Shown: in pieces, positions 41,101 to 54,478 of the stretch | How positions within the stretch are numbered: the first letter of the stretch is position 1 | How the letters are laid out: every line of letters starts with the position of its first letter | Assembly (NCBI GenBank): GCA_905178155.1 | Contig: CAJINV010000001.1 | Location: 7,261,794 to 7,325,793, forward strand | Origin: Amoebophrya sp. A120 | Lineage: Eukaryota > Protista > Dinoflagellata | Length of the DNA: 64,000 bases | Direction: 5' to 3' | Position numbers and translations under genes: made by a program | The notes under the pieces: generated by a model | The model's database searches: none | What the model saw: the letters and a program-made list of their open reading frames with translations, nothing else | What the model was told of the DNA's origin: nothing

Positions 41101-41307
41101 GGAAGGTGAAAATGCCGGCTCTTGGGGAAAAGCGCCACTAACTGGCGGTGGCGGCGCATTTTTAGAATGTCCGGTCTGGTGATTGGTAGTGGTCGATACT
41201 GCCGCCCCAGCGCAAGAGGAAGCCACACCACGATGCTGGAGAGGTCGGAGGCTCAACGTATGCCGCGACGAGCATGACTGCCCCGCTCCCGACGTCACGC
41301 GAAGCAT
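38132..41307 (-). CDS. Helical-repeat (HPR/OPR/FASTK-like) putative RNA-binding protein, split by two introners
   Basis: Repeat units YTPRTIANLLRAYA, RALTTIAWSIA, FNEQDVANATWAF, FTAQGMNQVLYALTK, SRTVGNLIWACA and DVCNISWGLA. Removing both elements restores ...KRGTMMVQLADADPRRAGRISPVCAPVNMLHRL... Confidence 0.75.
38602..38880. mobile_element. Introner/MITE family B, 279 bp, TSD CCGCC
   Basis: Perfect 32-bp TIR tatcctgagtaaaaacgtacccacaccagagt. CCGCC occurs at 38597-38601 and 38881-38885. Confidence 0.95.
38923..39184. mobile_element. Introner/MITE family A (diverged), 262 bp, TSD GTGCC
   Basis: TIR core aaaaatgtctgggtctggaa with mutated outer ends (tatggattgc... and ...acagtgagttgata). GTGCC occurs at 38918-38922 and 39185-39189. 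Confidence 0.9.
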
Positions 41308-41772
41308 TTTTGCTTGGTGCGGTAGACCTTGATTTTCAGACACACTTCACTAGCGAAATCGCGAGCACTGCGTCGATGTCAGAGAGTACATCTACATCAC
41401 TCCAAAAAGAAAAAAAAATCTCCATTGATTTAGATCTTGCTTCTACTTCTTCTTGTTCTTCCCGTTGATCTTGATTAAATCTAAATCCGAAAGAACTAGA
41501 GCATCGTGCATACAGCGATCCAAAGAAACGGTGCGGGTGGCGAATCCCAATGGCATCAAATGGATCGGCGTACAGCACCGAGGATCCTGTAATATCCGTG
41601 TGGCGTTGAATTCACAGCAGTGGCCGCTCCAAGCGTTTCCGCTCTTGTTCATTTGCAAGGCTGTTCTGTATTCAGCATATCATTTACTGTGTCTTCACAG
41701 TACGCTATTGTACAGCGTTGCGATTCAATCGCAAGAATCATCTCCAGGTGTGCGCAGCGCCGCAATGGCCCA

Positions 41773-44700
41773 TTACTGGTGCATTGCAGCCTGTTTCCCT
41801 TGGTCGTTATCAATTCCCGTTCTTGAAACATGTAGCGATCCTTCATCGGCCATCTGAGCGCTCTGGTCCGCCCCGGAAATATCGCTCTCAGTTTGGCCCA
41901 CGACGGTTTGTTTTTCGTTTCCAATACCGACCGCTACGTTTTCATTAGTAGTCTCGGCCGCTGCCGGTGCTGTGCTGGCCGCCACTGGGGTCGTCTGGAT
42001 ATCTTTTTCTTCGGGACACTCCTCGTCGTTTTTGGAAGATCCACTCTCTGTGCCATTATTTGCTTTCGGTTTGCGAGAAGACTCTTCGTCCTCCGACGAA
42101 CAAGAAACGGCATTTTCTTCGTTACTCATGTTCTGTTCCGCTACGGCTTTCTGTTTCCGCACAGCCGATTTGTGTTTCCTTAGCGGACAGATATCGGCCG
42201 GGAGGAAAACTTCGTCGAATTTTCCTTCCATTAGCAGCTCCCGTGCGCGCGCGAACTCGGTCCAAAGGATGCGCCAGGTCTCGCTGCTCATGGGGTTCAC
42301 GTTCGCCTTCGAAATCGGACACCGCATAATCAACGTGCCCTCGTCGTTCTCCTCCACGTCACCGTCGAGAATAGTGCGGCCTAAACCGTTTTCTGCGGAG
42401 AACCCGGAAGAACCAAAGACCTGAAGGATGTCAAAGAATGCCATGAGCATGACAGACTCGAGGACTCTGCAGCCTACATCTACATTTGGTCATTTTAGGG
42501 GTTGAGAAACAGGGAGCAGTATGTAAAATCCGTTGCATCGTGCCTGCGTAAAGCAAAACTTCTGTATGCTACCAGGAAGAAGTTGATGAAAAGCTCGCCA
42601 ACTGAGGTGGTCTGGTCAAACTCGTCTGCCTTGAAATCGCTCCGACCCTTCAACTCCACGATGGGTGCGCCGTCCACGCGACTTTTTGGACGATCCTGGT
42701 CTGAGACAAGCTCCCTGATAGTTTTTTCAACAATGAGCATTTACTTTCTTATATTCTTGTGAGATCCATCATGATACTGGTGCACCGGTTGAGGCAAAGC
42801 TAGCACTAGGGGTAAAGATAAATCATGCAGCGCCAGCGCTCATGCTTATTTGTTACATATACCTGTAGAGAGGCACGACCCTATGACACTTCTGCACCAG
42901 GTAGAACAGCTGCAGCATGATAGTGTAGGTTGACAGCGTCCCCTCGGCCCGCTGGTTGATCTTTCGCTGCATGGCCCAGGACTTCACGACCCTTCCGACG
43001 TGCCGCACCCGCGGATCAAACATGGCAAGCGTGCGAACGAAGTTGCTGTTGTCGATCGCCACGCTGTTGTTGATACTGATGTCCCCCGCGTCGCTGCCGT
43101 CTAAATTGGTGACTTTTGCAACCGGCACCTTCGCGGGCACGACAAGCACCTTGCCCGCATTTGCAGCGCGCAGCAGTGCACCGACGAGTTTCAACTTCGA
43201 TACCTGTGCCTCTTTCACGTTGCATCCCGGAACTAGCAAGCATGCGTCTACGTCGGACCCGCGCATCCAAAACCCGTTCGCGCAACTGCCGAAGGCGTGC
43301 AACGTGCCCCCGCATCGCTCCTCGAGAAGCGCCTTGGTATCAAATGTAAATTTGTCTGGGTCTGGAAGATTAGAACTTGTCATGCAAAATCTAAATGATG
43401 CAAAAATCTGTGTTGCGTGAGTGCCAAAAGCTGTCCGCTTTTGACCAAGTTGAGAGGGAGTTGCTCATGCAGGAAAGGCATGATACAGACCGCAAAGAAT
43501 CTGTCACACTGGGTCTCGCATTCCAGACCTCATGGGTCATGGAAAACCTGCATCACAAATCTCGCATTCTTCCAGACCCAGACATTTTTACATTTGATAC
43601 TTGGTCGTGACCAACCAGCGCTGCTTCCGCGTATATTGCTCGAGGTCAGGCAGCAGCGATCGGTCCCGCTCGAGCAGGCGGTCCGAAAGGTGGTCTATGT
43701 TCACGCGCGTTCTCCACGGTGCGGAGGCTTGGTCCGCGAACAGCAGCTGGGCCGGAAAAGACGACGCAGTTTCGAGTGGCGCAGCCGCAGTTTGTGTGTC
43801 CTCGTTGGAGGTAGCGATAGCGTCGTTGACGGGGACAGTGTTTGTTTCTTCACGTTGTGCGGTTGGTGCATCTCCTTGTTCGCTGGCACTACTAATAATC
43901 CGAGACGACACTGCAGCTGCATTTTTAGGACTACCACGGCTTGTTTCCGAGTTCACTCTTTGCCGAGCTAGGTCAATTTCACGATGCTGGTCGGCGTCGG
44001 TGAAGAGCAAGGGTGCGCGCGCTCGCAGGCTGTGCAGGAACCCAACCTCCGCCTTGGCTTCTGAGGAAAGTAGAGAAGGAGTTGCCGAGGGAGACGCTCT
44101 CTCCGAGGCGTGCTGATGCGAACAAGATGAATCGTCAAGGACAACGTTCTTCTGACCGCCACCCAGAGGCGCCCTTTCTAATGGAAGTGTCGGTGGCGTC
44201 CGTAGTTCGCCATGTGGGGAAATGTTGAACCTTGCTTTTTTGAGACCCTGAATGTTTGTTTCGGTTGCGGAGGACTCCACTTCTATTCCAACGGCTCGAC
44301 CATTCTCAGCGGAGAGCCATCCCGTTCCCGGGTCGGGTCCACCATTGAGTGCTGTATTTCTTGAAGAAAGCTGCTGCTCCGACTGTTGTGGGAACACAGT
44401 TGAAGATGATGTGCCTGCTCCTGCTGACAGGCCGTCTCCATGATAGTTACTGCCGCGCAATGTAGTTACGCTTTGTACTTCTAAACCTGAACTCGTCGTG
44501 CTGCAGAACGCCATTTCCAGGCTGGCCGGGGAGGTGCCACTTGTCCCGGTCGGCGGCGGTGGGATCGGCGGCACCGGTGGTCGCGACGACGAGGACGATG
44601 ACGAACTGCATGAGACTGCCGCCACGTGTTGCGCATAGTGCCGCAAGGACGTCGCGGTCGCCTTTGGTCTGCTTGAGAGATGTTGATGCCCTTGTGACGA

Positions 44701-44799
44701 CCATCTAGCAGAACTTCTACTTCGCGCCGTCGAAGCGTCGGTCCCAGGGGCACGCACGACGCGTAGTTGAAAATACCCTCGGCACGACTGGACACGCAT
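41773..44799 (-). CDS. Cid1/GLD-2-like non-canonical poly(A) polymerase or TUTase, multi-exon, split by an introner
   Basis: Motifs AFGSCANGFWMRGSDVDAC, DISINN, VKSWAMQRKINQRAEGTLSTY and the PAP-associated SVGELFINFF. GT-AG introns at about 42716-42862 and 42421-42572. Confidence 0.9.
43338..43599. mobile_element. Introner/MITE family A, 262 bp, TSD CTTGG
   Basis: 32-bp TIR with 2 mismatches. CTTGG occurs at 43333-43337 and 43600-43604. Removal restores WLVTTKALLEERCGG. Confidence 0.95.
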
Positions 44800-45470
44800 C
44801 TCTGATCAAGAAATAAACGCCAACTTGTACATATATATCAAAATCAATCGTGCCGAGGCAGCGCCAAGGATTTTTATATGCGAATGCCTAGACACAAGAG
44901 TGCGATTACGGGTGCGGCTGCGGCAAGTTGTCAAATACAAATAGCATCAAACAACCTTGGATCCTCTTATTTCTCCGGTGACTGATCCTTGCCGACTCTG
45001 GTTGAGAAGATCCAATTAATTTGGAGATCCCATGAGTCTTGGAACAACGAAATACTCAACACCTATTGACAATCACATAGAGAAAAACGAGAACGGTCTT
45101 GATCGCTAAGTGAATGCACAGAATACGGTCGCCAGTTCCTTGACAGACACAAGAGCTTTGTTCTTCGTTCTTCGATCACATTGAGCGAAAAAAGATCGAC
45201 AAGAAGAAAAACACTAAACCAAGACCAAGAGATCCGCAAGAACCAATTCGATCCTTAAAACAATCTTGCTTCTGTGTGAATCTACGTCTTGAGACATCTT
45301 TATACTTCTACGCAAGAGGCTGTGGCTGCCGAACAGGTTCCGTGCAATTGTGACACTTCTACTGCGCAACGAAATTCATTCCGCGTTGCTGTCTTTTTTT
45401 CCAGGAGCTATTCCGTTTCATTTTTTGTTTTTAATTTTTTCTTTTCAGTGCTCCTTCTCACTCGACACGC

Positions 45471-48400
45471 TCAAGCGATGCTGTTGCGTTTGCGAATCTT
45501 GCGGTGCATAGATGGCATTTCCACATTCGATGAGTGTTCTCCTGCTCGTCTGTCTTTATTCTCTACTGGGGTGTCTCCCGACGCGACGGATGCGCGCCTG
45601 CGGCTGGCTAACGATCTCTGCCGCCGCGCTCTCTCCTCCAAGCGGTCTTTTGCTTTCTTGATATGAGTGTAGCTGTCCCGCAGCCCGGTGAAGAAGTCTT
45701 GGAAGAGGCGAAACAAGTCTGGGTATTCTCGCGCCTTTCCGTGTCCACCCATGCCGTCTGCGTAGTACGTGCGAAGTTGCTGATACTTGTCCTCGGCCTC
45801 CGCCAGCATTTCTTTCATTGCAGCGAGCTCCGGCAGCTTGCTCTCGAGCAAAGCCCGCCGCTGGATCAATGGCTCGTCAACCCGACCTTCCGGCAGTTTC
45901 TTCGTAAGATTGATCGCACCATTCACTTGCCCGGTCAAAGCTGTATAGTATATGTTTTTTGGCTAAATGTCAAGGAAGTTTCATCTTTATTTTCTTTAGG
46001 ATATGGCTTTTTTTGGAACTGTCTAAACTGACAACGGAACTTTTTCGCGACCCTTGGATCCTTCCCCGCATGTTGTCGTGTTTTTTTAAAAAAAAGGGCC
46101 CAGACTGAAAACGGAACCCGAAGCAGTAAATAGGTGTTGAAATGGAAACACAGAACACCCAGGGAAGCTCCGGCTAGCGCCTAGAAGTAGATAGACGGCT
46201 TCTGTGCGCATGGCTCCCACACAGGTGAGACAGAGCTTGCGAGGGTGGGAAAGTGATCGAATCGGTTTAGTTACGAAGCGACGCTGTCTGCGAAAGGAAG
46301 CGCGTGAGCCGAGACACTCACAGAGCAAGGGCGCCGGCTTTTGGTTCGTTGGAATTCACGCTCTTTGCCTGGTCTCCTAGAGACGGAAATGCTTGCAATG
46401 GGTGCGTATTCTGTCATTAGACAGAGAGCAGAAGAACTAGTCTGGGCGCCACCGCCAACGGCTTCGCTTTCACTCGGATGGGGCCGGGCGATCTGATCCC
46501 TCAGAAACTTCACGAAAATTGCCTCAACTTTTGTTGGGACAGAACCACCACCCAGCTCGGCAAGTGCTCAACTCCTATCCACATGAAAGGGAAACGATAG
46601 GGGCAGGGGGAGGATGATCGAAAGCGGTACCAAAGCGCCCCACACATAAGGGCCGGCGCTTCATGGCCTAGAACAACCCAGAGCCAACCGATTTCAAGAC
46701 TCCCACACGATCGGACTACCCGGTGAGGGCGGTTGATCGTTTTACCCCCCTGATCGTGTAACAATATCGGCCAAAAATTTTCTTTGCCGAGGCCGCGCAG
46801 CCACCTCCACATTGTGGAGGCGGTTGCGCGGCCTCTGCAAATGCCCGTCAATGAATTACCAAAAACCCCAGGCACGAGGAAAAATAGCCAGGACAAGCCG
46901 GGAGCCTTGGTGTGCTCCGCCTTTCGTCTTTCGCTGGGCGCGACTTGGGACGCTGCCTCACAGGCAGGACAATGGAAACGAAAGACCATTTGGCTGACCG
47001 GCGGGGCACACAGGTGGGGAGACAGACAAGAACGAACGGTCGGCGGGGCTGCGGCCATTGAACGTGCGCAAATCCCGCAATTTTTGTCCCCCCTAGGAAG
47101 AGAGAGAGAAAAGAGAAAACAAGATCTATATCTATTTTAGATCGAGAAAGAATAAGAAATAGAAAAAGAAGAAGAAAACGAAAGACGAGAAAACAAAAAA
47201 CAAAAAAGCAAACGAAACGAACAAGAAGGCGAATCGCCACGGTATGGTGAATGTCGGTTCCGTTGTCAGTTTAGGTAGTTCCGAAAAAATCCGATCCCTT
47301 TTCTTTAATGCAGAGAAATGCAGCAAACAGTATCGTTGATCACAGCTCGAACTATCTGACGAACATCTACTCCGCGCTCTAGCAAAAAATCGCGTGGCGT
47401 TCCGCAAAAAGGAAAAAACCCCACGGAAACAACTCAACTTGTAACTATTTCAGTACCAGTGCATGCTTTGGCCAGGTCGGCGGCGTTGAACCGTGCGGCC
47501 TTGCAAATGATCTCGTAGTAGCTCTCTATTCTTCCGTTACTGTAGGCGAAGATGGGTTGGATCGCTTGCAGTCCGGCGTGCATCACAAGCGAGTCGCAGA
47601 AGTCGCGGCACTCTGGTAACTCTTTTGGGTCTTTCACCAGGTGCATGAAATCTGATCCGTAGGAAGGTGGTGCCTCGTCAGCGCTAGTGGGGCTTTTCGG
47701 GCTGCTTGGCACACTACTAAGACTTCCTGCCGGACTCCCTGGATTCGTCGTAATCCGCGCCGCTTGCGTGTGCGGCGCGGCGTCCTCATCTTCCGAAAGC
47801 GTGTCGCTATTCAGGCTGTCCCGCTGCAGGCGCTTGCGGCTAGAAGCCGACCGCGGCGCTGGTTCCGCGTTCTGTGACGAAGCGGCAGTTACCATGAGAC
47901 TTTTGCTGGCGCCAAAGGTGGGTGTGACGGGGTTCGAACCCGCATCTTCCTGCCCTTCTCCTCTACTGCTGGTCGACCGCAACAAATTCGTTCCGGGGTC
48001 CGTTTTGCTGCGCGACCGGCCGGCTTTTTTGCTGAGCAAGCCTGCGAATTCCTCTTCCCCCAAACTCTTTTGCGTTGTCTTGATCTGCTTCATTTGTTGC
48101 GTAATGTCCAGGACAAAGCCATCGGCGCGCTCCCGTTGCTTGTTGCCTGCGTTCATGTAGTTCCCCATCTCCACGCAAGTGGCAAACAATCTCACCACCG
48201 AAGGGCTGTGCAGCAGGAAATCGCAGGCGTCGATAACGTAGCGCACGTTTTGCGACGCATCTTGGTAAAGCGCTGGGTAGTCCTCTGTAGTGACCCACAC
48301 CTGCAGACGCAAACGAAAGTCGGGAATCTGCAGCATGTGCAAACAGTATTCCTCCACCTCCCCCAGAGCGGGTTTCGTGCGCAGGTCCAGGTGGTATTCG

Positions 48401-51400
48401 ACGTCAGAGTGGTTCAGCTCATCAACGGCCAACTGATCCTCCTCGTGCTGTCGCCTTCGTTCCACGGTCCTATCCATGCGATCGCGGATCTCCCTCACCG
48501 TGTCCGGGCTCAGGTATCGATTGCCGCTGGTACTACTGGAGGCCGCTGCGGTCGCATCTCCTCCTTCCGCTGCCTGCTGCAACACTGCGCTCACCTTGTT
48601 TGATGTTCCGCCTTGCTTTTCGTCTCTCGGTGTCGCGGCGCTCACGCTTCGCGGCGTCGCTGCGCTCGCACTTCGAGGCGTGACCATGCTCGGTGTCGCT
48701 GCATTGGCGCTGTTTGCAGAGTCCATCGCGGACGAGCCAGCAGCCGAAGAGAAACTGCTCGAGGAGGACAAAGCCGGCGGTGGGTCGCTAGCGCTCCCGC
48801 CCGGCTTTGTTTTGGTAGAGACGACCCGCCAGTCGGGCGTGAGAGAAAGCCCTTCTAGAACAATGCGTTCCTCGATCCCGCGCACGGTGCGCGCGACGTA
48901 GTTCTTCGCGAATTGCTCGATATACTCTCTATTTTCCTTCTCCAGTCGCTCCTTTTCTTGCTCGACTAGCACATGCAGCTGCGCCAGGTTCTCATCGTCC
49001 GGAAAGGTTGATCGGAGCTGGCTCAGCTGCTCGTAGTCCATGCCCGTGAGCGTCGCGAAGCACTGGCGCAAGAGGCGAAAATCTCGGCCCTGACCCGGCA
49101 TCTTCGACTTCATGATGCCGATTTGCTGCCCCGACATCGCATCGAAGTGTGTGACTTTCTTCGGCGTCGTCTTCAAAGTCTTGCGGTACAGCGCGTCCCC
49201 GGAATGCCCGTCGTTGAACGCATTCAGCCGGTGAAGACCCTTGGCCGCATTCGTTTTCTTGCCGGCGGGCTCCTTCTTCTGAGAAGTTCCAAACAAACGG
49301 GCGATCACATCCAGTGACGCCCTCGCCGGGTTCTTGTCGATTTTATCCCAAATCGTGTTCTGGTCCTTGTTCACGTCCAAACGGACGGGGTTCCAGAAAA
49401 TCGGCCTCAGATCGCCCTGTTCGATACCCTGGATGGCGGTCTTCCGGTACTTTAACTCCGGTGGGGGCGAAGCAGTTTCTTCCTCGGTTTTGGTTCCCTT
49501 GCCGGAACCTTTCGTCTTCTTACCCTTGCCATCGCCGGAGCCCGTTGGAATCGCGGCTCCCTTCTTCCCCGCGGGTACGGGAGCACCTTTGCCCGGCGGC
49601 GCGGGAGATGATGCGCCGGCCTTGCCAGGGGGTCCGCCTTTGGCCGGCGGGGGTGTGGCTTTGCCACCCTTCGCAGGTGGGACGGCGGGCGGTGCTTTCT
49701 CGCCCTTCTTGGCAGCGGGAGGAGCGCCTTTCGCTGGGGGCACTGCAGGGCCCGGTCCCTTCTTCCCCGCTGGTGGCGCAGGCAAACCTTTACCCTTACC
49801 TTTCGCCGCCGGAGGTACTGCTGGCGCTTTCTCTGGCACCGTCGGGGGGAGAGTTGCTGGTGCAGAGAGGATGTCAGCATTATCAGCCGCATCTTCTGGG
49901 GCAGCCACTGAAGTAGACTCCTGCGCTGTACCAGCCTCGGGCACCTCCGCTGGCGTCGCTTCTCCGGGAAGGATGTTCACGTGGAGCCCGGAGGCCGGCG
50001 TCGTCGCGGAGACCGTCAATCGGCGTTTCTGCGATGCCGGAGTCTGTCCCTTGTTTGGCGGCGGCGTGATGAGATTGACCGGGGACCCTTCCGGCAGCTT
50101 CGACGGCGTGACGAACACTTCCTCTTGTCCCCCTGTCTTCGGCGTCGCAGCACCGCTGGGTGCGCTCGAAGAGATGGCCGTTCTGTCTGCCGGGTTGATG
50201 TTCGTCCCTAGCAATGGGACTGCGGAATCGGCATCCAGCACCGGAGTGGCATCCATACCGAGACCCGGGAGATCCTCCACTCGCACCAAGGCCGCGGGCG
50301 CCAACCCAGCGGTGTTGGCCAGGAGCGCCGCACCCACGCCGTCCTTCATCAGACCAGCACTGACCAGGTTCGCGACCTGGCCCCTAGTCAGCACCACAGG
50401 CGCATCCGCGGCGCTTGTAGTCATCTCTCCCACCGCAGCTCCGTCTTCCGAACCCGGCCCGGTCATACTCCCCGGCGGGCCACTGCGCTGAAGGTGATCG
50501 CCGGCTCCGGTACCGTCGAGCGACAGCGTTTTTGTACCCACTCGGGATTCGACCGCTCCCCCACCAATCAAATCAACGGCACCGTCCACAGCGGGAGCGA
50601 CGTTCAGATCGGTTCTGGTTAGAGAGATACTGCTATCCTTGGAGACAAGGCCCACAACTGCTGCGCCAGCCGAATTGGAACGGTTCTGTTCGCCGATCAG
50701 TAAATTTTTCGAGGACGCGCGGCTATCGTGCTCGCCCGCACTTCCAGGCCCACCAAGCAGAGGCGCGCTGGTGGTGTCGATCTTTTGCGATTCCGCAGTT
50801 AGCATCATCTCGTCGGTCGCAGCCGCGAACGACTCGTCTTGCGTATGGTCGATCGGGTACGACGAAGCGGCCCCCGCGCTCCTTTCGGGCTGCGCTTGAG
50901 ATGAAACCGCGGCAGTCGTTTCCCCCGGCGCACTAACGCCCGCTGGCACAGGTATCTTCGGCGACCGGGCAGCTGCAACGGAGACCGTGGGTCCGTCCTC
51001 TGGTTCAGACAACTCCAGCGAGTCTTCGGTCGCGAACGTCACCGGACTTCCACTGGCCACGCTGTCGCCCGTAGGGCCGAACTCGTTGTTGAAGTGGTCT
51101 TCGATCACCAATGCGGGTGGGACGAGCTGCACCTTCTCCCGGCTACTTCTTCCCTCGCGACTAGGGCGCTTGTTGTTAACAGCCGTGTTCGCCAGATTGA
51201 CGGCGGAGGACAGATCACCATGGACCAGAACATTCACAGTAGGCAGCGTGTTAAGATCCGATGCAGACGCAACGGCGGGTGTGCCAACACTGCCGCCCGA
51301 AAGTCGCTGCCTTTTCGAGCGATCCGTCGGCGAGTTATCCTGCGGTGTCCGGCCTACTTCATCATCTTGGCGTGTGTACCTCGGTCGGACCAGTTCTTGG

Positions 51401-53711
51401 GGCTGTGACGATGAACTCGATGCCCGCTCTTGCTGTCCTGACATGGTCGTAGGAGACGGTGCAGGTACGCCATCAAATGCGCTGGTGCCGGACGAAACGC
51501 GCGAAACTGCCTTCCCCGGTCCGAGGCGAGCTCCCTTGGCGGCCCTCCCGGCAACAGCATCGGGCGAGGAGGCGAGGAAAACTTCTACTTGCTCCTTCTC
51601 GGAGGTCGGGGGCTGTTCTGGAGAGGCTCTCTTGAACAGCGAACGGATCACGGGCGGGCCACTAGAGGTCTTCCGGAACATGTCGGGGTGCGGCACGACG
51701 ACCTTGCGCTGCGCGGCTGGCCTGCTCGAACTGGAACTCGTCTCACGACGCTGCTCACCAGTCACATTCTCGTCGCGCTGTGCAGCTCCTCGCTCCTCTC
51801 TGGCAGAGCCACCACGGGAAGCCGCTGCCGCCTCTTGCATCAAGCTTTCCATCACCGGGGGCTTCAGGGCGACCGGCGGACTGGGCGTGCTCCGAGTTCT
51901 GCTGATGGTTTCTGCTTTCACCGCCGGCTTCGGCTCCGCACTCGTCATTACCCAGGACTGCAGGTTGATGTTGCGTTTCGCCGAGCGGCTTATCAGCTCC
52001 ATGTTCCCAGGAGGGTCCTCCGTCCGGTTTTCGCGAAGCGCACCCGAGTAGGAGAATAGTTCCTGGTGTCCAGACACATTTGGTGACGGCTGGTCGTCTG
52101 GACGCTGCTTCTTTGATTCCGCCAGGGGTGTTGTGAAAACACGTAGCCCGTTGTCGTCTACAACTTCCATGCCGTCTTCACGCTCTTCAGCGGAAATAAC
52201 TGCTTCTTCCTTCTCGTCTGGGTCTTCTATTGCGGCTGCTTGCTCTTCGATTTCTGCTGGCGCAACGTCGGATATAATTGCCGACTCGGCTTCTTGAGGC
52301 AGTAATTCGCCCTGCCTCGCGCGTTCTGCTGCAGAGGGAGGTTCGGAAGTTTTGCTACCCGATGACTTCGTGGCAGAATCTCGATTTTCCTCTTCCTCTG
52401 GAACCGGAGGCGGGGACGGAGATACCGAAACGACCTGGAAGTCGTGCGGACCGAATCCGTTCTTTCGAATTCGTCGTTGCCCGCTGTTCGGGCTATTGTA
52501 CGCGCTGAATTTGTAGTGCTTCTCGATGGAGTACTCAACAGACTTGCCACCATGGCCCTCCTCCAACGGCGTCGCAATGGTGAAATTCTGGCTCTCAGCG
52601 GGATACACCACTGCGCGCTCCCCCTCTGGTTGAACACTCGCCTTGCTGGCAGTAGGTTTCGGCGCAACGGCCAGCTCTTTGTTTACGTCGGTGAGGTTCG
52701 CGAGCACAGACCGGTCGACGGAATGAGAAAGGATTCTCGTGCTCAGATTCTCGACCCCCGATAAAAAACCGCGGTCGAGATCACGCAGGTTGTGCTTTGT
52801 GCGCTGCATGTCCTCTGGAATAGCTTCTATCCCGCGACTGTCCCCCACGGTTCGCTCGCGACCTGAATGTTGAATCATGAAAAGCTTTTCTTTCATCATT
52901 AGTTGTACTTATTCAAACTACTTCATGTGACGGTGTAAAAATCTTGATCTTAATTTAGCATACAGCTACACCAAACATCGACTAAAAAGAAATGAATCAA
53001 CGTACGTCTCGACGATGAACTTGCTGCAGCAGCTTGGCGCTGCCGTGCGACGAATTCCGCGGCCTCCGACGCCGCGGCGTTCGGGTTGTCACTCTTCGGG
53101 AGGTTGCGAGCGGGCCCGTAGTGGTACAGTGCCTTGGGCGGTTTTCCAGGCTCCTTCCCCACAAGCATTGGGCCTCCCGAAAACGACCCGCGCCGCTCCT
53201 TGTCGCGCCACGCCTCGCGAATGACGGACACCGACTGTCGCGTCTCCAGGTTCATCTTCTTCTCCGCTTCGGATTTTGCAGCAGCCCCGTGCGCTCCACG
53301 GATGGGTGGCCGATAACGGCCGCAGAAGGGACCCGTTTTTGGTTTGGGCCGTGGCTCCCGCGGACCACCGCAGGATGCCTCTCGCGCTCCGGACGCACGG
53401 CGCATCATGTCCAGGCCTTTGTGCGGGTTGGGGTTGCGCGGTTGTTGCTGCGCCGGCGTCGCCGACCGGCTCCCGCCGCCGTTGTCCGGTCTTTTTGGCA
53501 ACCCGCGGATGATCTTGCCAACATTGGCCAACTCCCACGCAATCCGGCACGAAGTGCGCTGGTGGGATGCGGACCTGGAGTTTCCAGCCGTTGCAGACAA
53601 CAGTTGGTCTCCTCCGGGAGGGAACATGTCTTGGGACGGGAGCATCGCGTCGCTGTAGGGTTTCGCCGGCACCCGCTGAGCGGATTCGCTTCGCAACTTA
53701 CCGTCCACCAT
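45471..53711 (-). CDS. Formin (FH1-FH2), large, 3 exons
   Basis: Pro-rich FH1 followed by FH2 motifs LRPIFWNPV, IGIMKSKM, LQIPDFRLRLQVW, MGNYMNAG...ADGFVL and LFRLFQDF. Introns at 45941-47456 and about 52862-53006. Confidence 0.9.
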
Positions 53712-54478
53712 CGTACAGATGAAATTACGCTTTCAAAAAACTCGAATGAAAATCAAACCAAAACCAATTGTTCAGCTCAAAGCCAAGTAGGAAGATGCAT
53801 TTTGTTCGCGTTCAAAACGTCGGCCAAAAGCAGGTGACAAATTTCGTCCTCGTTCCGTTCAGAGAAACTCCGACGAGTTTGCCACCGCTGTTAGGTACAT
53901 TTTATAGATAACAAGTTCAAATACGATCGATAACGACGAGCTAAACTACCTGTTCATTTGCGCTATGTGAAACTGCATCGATTTTTTTTTTCCGATTCAA
54001 TGAGGACCTGAACGAAAAGTCGAAAAAGGCAGCGAAGTCGAAAGGGATTGATGAAGAAGAAATGCATTTTATCAAGCCATCAGCAAGGTCTATTACGCCT
54101 GTCCATGTTCCCCACGCCCTCTGTCTCAAGAATCTACGGTAGGTAGCTCGCTCGCTTGCTGAAAGACAACTCTCTCTCTCGCGCTCTCAGCTCAAAGAAA
54201 CTCACACACTCTCTTGCGACTGACGACAATCTAAAAAGTCTGGTACCGGATTGAAAATGAAAACCAGATACACGCGAGAAAATCGCACCAGAGAACTTAA
54301 TCTCGACACCGCATTGCATGTTTTCAATATCTCAGTGTCATTATCTCAGTGTGTGCGTTCATCATGTTGCATATACAACACGGCTCTGTTGAATCTCTAT
54401 CTCTCAACGAATCTTCAGAAGATAGCAAAACAACTCCCCTGGCCTGTAAAAGCGTTTCACACAAAAGCGACGTCCTTC

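Noticed and set aside
47687-52764. Long plus-strand ORFs (for example 49334-50491 and 50987-52051) and similar ones elsewhere
   Set aside because: Antisense shadows of GC-rich minus-strand genes, with no recognisable motifs.
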